Source of the DNA: a virus
Lineage: Duplodnaviria; Caudoviricetes
IMG/VR virus record: IMGVR_UViG_3300032246_000953
Coordinates: 1-24,507 of that record
Reading direction: 5' to 3' (one strand)
DNA length: 24,507 nt
Shown here: in pieces, positions 10,201-19,200 of the stretch
Numbering within the stretch: position 1 is the stretch's first letter
Layout of the letters: every line of letters begins with the position of its first letter
Program-made: the position numbers and the translations under genes
Notes under the pieces: generated by a model
Told to the model about the DNA's origin: nothing
Seen by the model: the letters and a program-made list of their open reading frames with translations, nothing else
Database searches by the model: none

Positions 10201-13200
10201 TGCTGATCTAACTGATATTACACAGATTAATGTTTATAAAAATCTTATAAAAGAAAAGGGTACTAGAACTGCTGTCAATACTTTTAAGGGCGCGAAACTG
10301 GCCCAAGGCGACATCAACTATGATGTATATGAAAATTGGGCAATTAAGAGTGGTGAATTCGGTGGCGTACTTAATAATAATTTCATAGACTTTAGACTCA
10401 ACCAAAATGAACTTACAGGTAATCCTAGCATTGTTGGTCTAACTACTGGCGTATTTACTACAGGTGTGCAGCAAGAAGTTCCACTATACTCAGTGTTCAA
10501 CTATGGTAGACCAATTACTGATCCAAATGTACTAGCTACATTACCAACTGATACTCCTGACAAACTGTTCCCAAGTGCTGGGTACCCAAATTTCAATGAC
10601 GTAAAAACATATTCATATTTTTATTCAGGCCTAAACAACGCAGTAGTTCCGCTATCACGATTGTATGTAGGAGAATATCTATGGGTAGCAGACTTTAAGG
10701 GTACATGGCAAGTATTCACCCCACAGTCAATTGGTCAAGTTATTAATGTAGTCAACAATTTAAATAACACAATTACTGTACAGTTTAACGCACCACATAA
10801 CTTAGTTAAATATCAACCATTTGCCATCATTAACTTTAACACAAATATAGATGGCTATTATATTGTAACTTCAGTGCTAGATCCTACTAGAGTAACTGTA
10901 ACGCTATCGCTTAGTTCAGCTACGCTAAACATCACAGGCACAGGTATTGGAGTGGCATTTACTAGTCAGCGTGTAGGAAAACCTAGCGATATTGTATCAT
11001 TTCCTGTAAACGATAATGAATTTATCAAAACAAAAGTTTGGGTAGATGAAAACAATGACGGATCTTGGGCAGTATATCGTAAGAGTTTAAATTACCAATA
11101 CACTGTAGGAAAATCAGAGATTACTAAAGCTAACTCGGTTGCATTTGGTAGTGCAGTAGCTTATACAAATAATTTAGGTTATTTAATTAGTGATGCTAGT
11201 TTAGGTGAAGTGTATAGATATGTATACAATTCAGTATTTGCTAGATATGACTTAACTCAAACACTATTCTCATCAATTATTACCGCAGGATCATTTGTGA
11301 TTGGTAACGACTACCGTATAGTTACATTGGGAACTACAACTAATACAGAATGGAATCTTATTGCAGGAACTAGTGGGGTATCATATGTAGTAGGTTCAAG
11401 ATTTACTTGTGCAAATGCAGGTACTGGCTCCGGTACCGCCGGATTGCTAAACACGACATTTGGTACTACTATTGGTTACGCTGGTTCTATATTTTCGATA
11501 TCTCAGCCTACTGGAGCAACAACTAACGATAGAAAAGTCAGCGTTTATAACTTAGTAATAAATGAATTGTACAACGAATTACAATTAATTCAAACAATTA
11601 CTGCACCCATTGGTATTACGAATTGGGGAAATGCTATCACAGTGTCAGGTGATCAACAGTGGCTATACATTGGTGGGTACGAGCAAAACATAGTGTATGC
11701 ATACAAGTTCAATGCTACTACCAATGAATATGATCACGCAGCCACTATAGCCTTGTCTACGTCAGAGACAGGTGACAGGTTTGGGTATTCACTATCAACT
11801 AATTACTATGGTAATACTTTAGTAGTAGGTGCTCCTGGTGAAAATTATAACGCTACTACAGATAATTGGGGATACACTTATGTATTCAACCGATTAACAC
11901 AGGCATTTGAATTTCAATTTGATCAAGCACCATCATTTACACTAGCATTTACTCCAACCACTGTATCAGTTACAGTTAATGGTACTGCATTGGAAGCTGA
12001 TGAATACACGCTTATTGGTAATGTTATTTCTATTACTAAACCACTGAACACCGGCGACATCATAATAGTAAGCGGTAATCAGTTTGTATTAATGCAAGAA
12101 CTGACTACACAAAACGAACCAAAAATAGGTGTTCAATTTGGTTATAGTGTAGATACTAATAACTATGGTACAGAAATATTAGTAGGCGCTCCTTTTGAAG
12201 TAAATGAAAACAATCAAGAGGGTGCAGTGTATAGATACACTACATCAGGTGGCGCATATGGTTATATAGTTGGTAGCAAAGAATGTTATGTATATGCGGC
12301 TACCACTATACTGATTAATGGATATCAAGTAACAATACCTGCAGGTAATGCAGCATCTACTGCTAGTGCAATTAACGCAGCAAAAATTACAAATGTTATA
12401 GCTTCTTCAGCAGATAATATCTTAACCATTAGATTAGCAAATGTTAAACTAGCTTTAATAAACGATAAACTAAATCTACAAGTACTACAGACTAACATAT
12501 TAGATCAATTGGGTATAGATGTTTATACTCAAACACAAACAATTAATGACCCACACCAACAAAGTAGAACACAGTTTGGCACAGTAGTTAAATTCAATGA
12601 ACTAGGTTCATTTGTAGTTAGCGCACCAGTTGCAGCAAGATATGCTCACACTACGTTTGACATGACAGATGATGAGAATTTTGACAACGATACACTGTTT
12701 GATAATAATACCACTCAGTGGGTAGACAGATTTATAAATGCTGGCGCTGTATACATGTATGACTACTTAAGTGTGTATAATGAGAATTTACACAATGTAG
12801 GTAAATTCGTTTACGCTCAAAGTGTAAATGCAAGAAATGAAAATTACGGCGCACAACCATACTATGGTACTGCATTAGACTTTAATAGTAATAATGTTAT
12901 CGTAGGTACTCCAGGATTTAAACCCGGCACTACTAATGGCCAAGTTGTTGTTTATGATAACAGCATTGGTGTACAGAACTGGGCAACGTATCGTTACTCT
13001 GCTCCAGTAGTAGATACCGGCGCTATACAGAATGTACAGCTATACAGCGCCATTACTAATAATACGCTTGAAAATCTTGACTACATCGACCCACTACAGG
13101 GCAAGATATTGGGTGTAGTAAGAGAAAACTTAGATGTAGTGTCTAATGCTGACCCGGCAGTTTATAATTCATCTACTGCTAACAATCAGGGTGCTATCGT

Positions 13201-16200
13201 ATGGGGCGAACGACAATTAGGACAGTTATGGTATAACACTTCTACTACTAGATTTGTTAACTATCATCAAAACGATTCTGTTACTTATAACAGCAAGTGG
13301 TGGGGTAGAGTATTCCCTGGCAGTAATGTACAGGTACTAAGTTGGATTACCAGTGATCAACTACCAGTTAACTACAGTGGTCCAGGTACTCCTTATGATA
13401 TAACATCTTATAGTATTGAATACACTACTAACTCAACTGGTGCTCTAGTTCCTGTATATTACTATTGGGTTAGAAATACCAACATAATTTTTACTAAGAC
13501 AGGTAAAACACTATCCGATACCGTATGCGAATCTTACATTGGGCTACCAACAGCAACTGGTATCGCTTATATGGCTCCCATACAACCAAATATATTTGGA
13601 TTGTATAACAGTGGAGATTATATAAATGCAAATGACTCAGTTCTACATATTGGCTTTGCCACAAGTAGAAATGATGATGTTTCACATAGCTCATATAATT
13701 TAATAAAAGTTGATTATGCTGACGACTTTTTACCAGGATTGCCAGGCGTAGGTAGTGCCATAGAACCTGAATCGCTATACCTAAAAATGATAGACAGTTT
13801 ATCAGGTGTAGATACTGCTGGCGGAATAGTTCCTGATCCATTCTTACCAAAGCCAGTACAAAGTGGTATTCTTTCCCGCCCACGCCAAAGCTTCTTTTAT
13901 AATAGATTTAAGGCGCTACAGAATTATCTTGAATACGCAAACACAGTACTTGCACAATTCCCTATCTTAGAGATAAGAAATGGAAATCTTTCATTCTTAT
14001 ATAAAGTAGGTGAAGTTAACAAGTCTACTGATCCTGTATATAATACAGACCCAGTAAGCCCATATTACAGTTCTAACCCCTGGACAGGCCCCATACTACC
14101 ATTCTATGATACAACTGATTACTGGACCCCAATTAATTGGTGGGCAACTGGTTATAACAATAATACTAAATCATCATTACTAGTTCCTCTATATAGTGAT
14201 CTAAGTACTATTGGCAATCCTCAAAATGGATTAATAGTGACTGTGGCTGAAAACGGCGCCGGCAGTCAAGAAACATATAGATATGTAGCTCCTGTTGGCA
14301 ACACTGCAGGGTACTGGGTAAGAATAGGTTTACAAAATGGTACTATTAAATTTGATAGTTCACTATGGGATTATGCTACTGCAAGAATAGGATTTGGTGA
14401 TAGTTTCTTTGATACCCAGCCATATGACTATTACCCATCGACAGAAACTAGAAATATTATTAGATCATTGAATGAAGAAATTTATACTAATGAACTGCTA
14501 ATCTTTAGAAATAAAAGTCTAATATTACTGTTTGAATATATCCAAAGCGAAACAGTTGAATCGCAGAATTATATGCCATGGTTGAATAAAACTTCATTCA
14601 TAGATGTAGCGCATACTATACGCGAACTATTACCATTGCGAGTATTTAGGTCTGATAATCAAGTATTTTTATCAGGGTACATAAATGAAGCCAAACCATA
14701 TCATGTAGTAATAAAAGACTTTATCTTTAACTATACTCGCACAGACCTGTACAATAGCGATATAACTGATTTTGATTTGCCTGCAAAGTATTCTACAAAC
14801 TACGATCAGTTTATTACACCAATGTTAGTTTATAGTGGTGCAGACGCTATTAATGAATTTTTATCAACTGATCCTATATGGCAATCACCAGACTATACAA
14901 AATGGTATAACAATTATGGATTAAGTCTAGCTACTGTTTATAAGTATCCAATGACTACTGTAGCATCATACCTTAATTTAGTAAGTGATAATTTATATGT
15001 AAATAATGTGTCTGGTTTCCCAGTAACTGGCACAGTATTAATAGGTACTGAATTGATTGGTTACACTGGTATTGATACTGCATACAATATACTAACTGGA
15101 TTGACACGCGGGGTTAAAGGTACTCTAGTTCAAAATCATATATATGGAGAACAAATTTACATTGATTTACCTCCTGTATTAGTTATAAATAGCGGAAGAG
15201 GCTACGCAGTACCTCCTAGGATTACTGCATATATAGATATTAGTATCTATCCTGCACCAAGAGTTGCTGCTATACTTGCTCCTATTATGGCAGTAGATAA
15301 AGTCATAGGCGTTCAGGTAGTAAATCCAGGCTCAGGATATGCAGTTTTACCCGAAATTATAATCGAACCAGCCCTTACAGAGAACTTTGCTAGCACAGGG
15401 GTAGACATTCATCTAAACTATATTGCGCTTACCACTACTGGATTAGTAACGGGTGATTTAGTAAGATATGATGTAGGTGCTGATACTGAACCTGTTAGCG
15501 GACTTCAAGTGGGTGCTTACTACTATGTAAATTTACTACAAACTACCCCATCAAATGTAATCGCACTTTATACTAATTATGTTGATGCTATTCAAGATCA
15601 TAATAGAGTTAATCTGTATACTCAGGGAACAGGTGACAATAATATATTAGCATTAACTGCGGTAGCAAGTTGCACTACAACATCACAACCTGTTCGTGAA
15701 AATATAACTACTCTTAGATTTGATAGAACTTCTTATAACTCTTCACTACAAACATGGCAACCTGGTCAATTCTATGGTTCGAAGTATACTGGGGATTTAA
15801 GTCTTACTAAGTTAGCTAGCTCATCTCTACTATTACAATCTACTAACCCACCAATATCTGAGATATTGGCCAGTGCCCAAGGACAAACTTTTGAAATACT
15901 AGAAGTTAGAAATGTAGAAACTTATACTTGGTCATCACGCACACGCACAGTGTTTGCAACTACTAGCCCTGATCGCATTACAGTTATGTCATCTATAGGT
16001 GGCGACTCACTTAACCCCACTTTAGGATTTTATGTAGATATGCCCATTAAGTTTGAGGGTGAGGCATTTGGTGGTCTAAGTGTTGGAGTTACTTATTACG
16101 TTACCGACATATATAACAATCTTGAATTCTCAGTATCTGAGACAATCGGCGGCATGCCCATTACTCTTACCACTGAGTCTGCACCATCGGCTGGTCTACT

Positions 16201-19200
16201 AGCAATAACAGGTACACTCACAAACCAAACAGTAATTAAATTGTTTTATCCAGGCATATTAAAAACAACTGCTACAACTAAAACAACTAATATCGTTACC
16301 GTACCACTATTACCTACTGGGTTAGGCGGAACTCAAGGATTCTACACAGGATTACCAATATACTTTACAGGAAGGAATGTACAAGCTGGTAGCTTTGTAA
16401 TAGGTCAAGGATACACTATAGTTAAGGTAGGTACTACTGATTTTACATTATGCGGAGCATCGGCTAATGAGATAGGTGTTCAATTTACTGCAACATCTGT
16501 GGGTACTGGAACAGGTGTAGCATCAACTGTATTTGGCGATGTAATTGCTAATCAAGAGTTTTATGTTACTACTGTTATTGACGCAGAGAATTTTACAATG
16601 TCTTATACCAGTACTCCCACTGAGACAACTTTAAGTGCAACTACTGCTGGAACAAATTATGTGACTGTAGAAAGCGTAAATGGATTTACTGTGAATGATC
16701 CTATAATCTTTACTAATATGCAAATTGCAGGTACTAGAGTTACAGACTTTGGAAATATTCAAGCAGGCATAGTTTACTATGTACAGTCAATAATTAATGG
16801 CACCCAAATTCAAATTTCTACTCAATTTAATGGTGCAGCGTTAACCCTTACTACAGTGGCGGCAGCAACAGATACTGATGGCACAATAACTAATCAAAAT
16901 GAAAATGTACAATTAAGTACTGCAATTGGTGAAATGACTTTAGTAGCTGGTCTACCAATCAGCCCTGGTCAAATCAATGGGCAACGATTTGCATTCTACC
17001 CAACATCAAACGCATATACTGGTGTTAGTGGCATAACAAGTGACTTACTAACAAGAACTATCACGGCAGCGGTAAGTACTAATAATGGTTTATATTTAGC
17101 TATCAGTACTGGTGGAATATCGGATGTGTATGTAAACATGCCGTTTAGAGTGCAAACTACAATTGGTGGATTGTTGACAGGTACTACATATTATGTTAGA
17201 AGCACAGATACATTAAACACTATCGTAACTAATACTACTATTTCTACTAATGAATTAACTTGTACTACAGCAGGATTTTATGAAGGTATGGCAATAAAAT
17301 TCTCAGGTACAGTATTTGGTGGAGTAGTTCCTAATCTTACCTACTTTGTACTATCTATAGTCGATGGAAACACATTTACTATTTCTAATGAAATAGGTGG
17401 CACTGAAGTTAATTTATCTACTGCCAGTGGTAGTATGCAGCTAACTGGTGAACAGTATATCACTGTAAAAGATGGAGTAGGTTCCCAAGTTTCTTTATCC
17501 TATGATATTGCTTTTGTAACTCTAATTCAGTATCCACTATCAGCCCCAACATTCAATGTTGGTTACACTGCAGGCGGATATTTCGTACAAGTAGCAACTC
17601 CAGGCACAGGTTATGCAGTAAACAATACCATTACGGTTGATGGTGCTCAATTAGGTGGAGAATCAGGTACAAATGATTTAACAATGACAGTATATGAAAT
17701 ATCATCAATTGGTGAAGTTGTTACAGTCATTAGTACCGGTGCACCAGCTGGAATAAATGCAAATTATTACTTAAAAGTCATATCAGAAAATGAATGTGAA
17801 CTTTACTACAACTCATCATTATCTATTCCAGTGCCTGAATCACAATTCCCATTTAATGGAATCACTCAAACTACAGTTACTGGGGTAACTGCTGCAACCA
17901 ATGAACTTACTGTAACCAGTTCAGTGAGTTTTGCTATTAATGACCCTGTTGTATTCACTGGTGATGTATTTGGTGGAATGGTATTGGGAGAAACTTACTA
18001 TATTAAGTCAAAACCATCACCAACTACAGTAACTATTTCAACATTCCCCAATGGTACAGTATTTGATATTACCGCAGATGAGACAGGCGATTGTATAATG
18101 GCTACAGTGGGCGATGTTAGCTTATTGCCTGACCCATTCTATGCTACTCAAAGTATAGTTATCTACAATAACAAAGTATATCAGTGTGTAGTAAGTAATA
18201 ACGATGATGATTTTGTTTTCCGTAAATGGCAATTAATGGACAGTGGGGATAGACAATTAAACGCACTTGACAGAATAGTGGGCTACTATCAACCTACTAT
18301 TAATATGCCTGGTCTAGACCTTACACAGTTAGTAGCTAATATTGTTTATCCAAATAATACTTACTTAGATAATGCGTTTGCTCCAGCAGATGAGTATCCA
18401 TATGATACACTATTATTAGATAACACCTTTACCCAAGTCAATGACAATATATACACAGTACAGGGTGATGAATTTACGGCTGGTTATGGCCCTGAAGAAT
18501 TAGTACCAGGCATAGTAACTGACAATCTAACAATGATTGTAAAAACTCGCCCTGGTAGTAATTGGGAATCTACTGTTTATCAGAATGTGGGCTATAATTC
18601 AGTTTCTACTGAGATTACTCCAGCACAGCCTGATCAGGTCCTATATTCATTTGCTGATGTTGTAATAAACCCAATACAAATATCAGTATTTGATATTGAT
18701 ACTACAACAAAACTAAGCGTAAGACTTTATGATTATACGGTGGATTGGATTAATAAAGTAGTGACAATATCTGCTCCACTAGCAGCGAACCACATACTTA
18801 GAATTGATGTATATGAAGTAGGTAATGGGGATCAATTGGTTCGTTCAAATTCACAAACTGATCCATACTTTTTAAATGAAACTACTCAGTTTAGTGAAAT
18901 TTATTTAGACTGCCATTATTCTGCTTCTATCACAAATGGATCAGGATTAATTATGCCTGGCACTGAACCTAAAGAAGTAGAAGCGATTGAAACCAGTGCA
19001 ACAGATAATACTATACTATGCGTTTCAGTATCAGCATTTACTCTTAATGCACCGATTACTTTCCAAGGTGCGGTGTTTGGTGGTGTTGCGCTAGACACTA
19101 CATATTATATTAAAACTGCAAGCGCAATTACAGACAGAATAACAATTTCTGATACACAAGTTGGTGGTATAGCAGGTCCTACCCTAACTCTAACGTCAGC

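Noticed and set aside
15184-15191. Perfect TATAAATA inside the giant ORF
   Set aside because: A few chance matches are expected in 24 kb of AT-rich DNA, and I saw no suitably placed downstream start.
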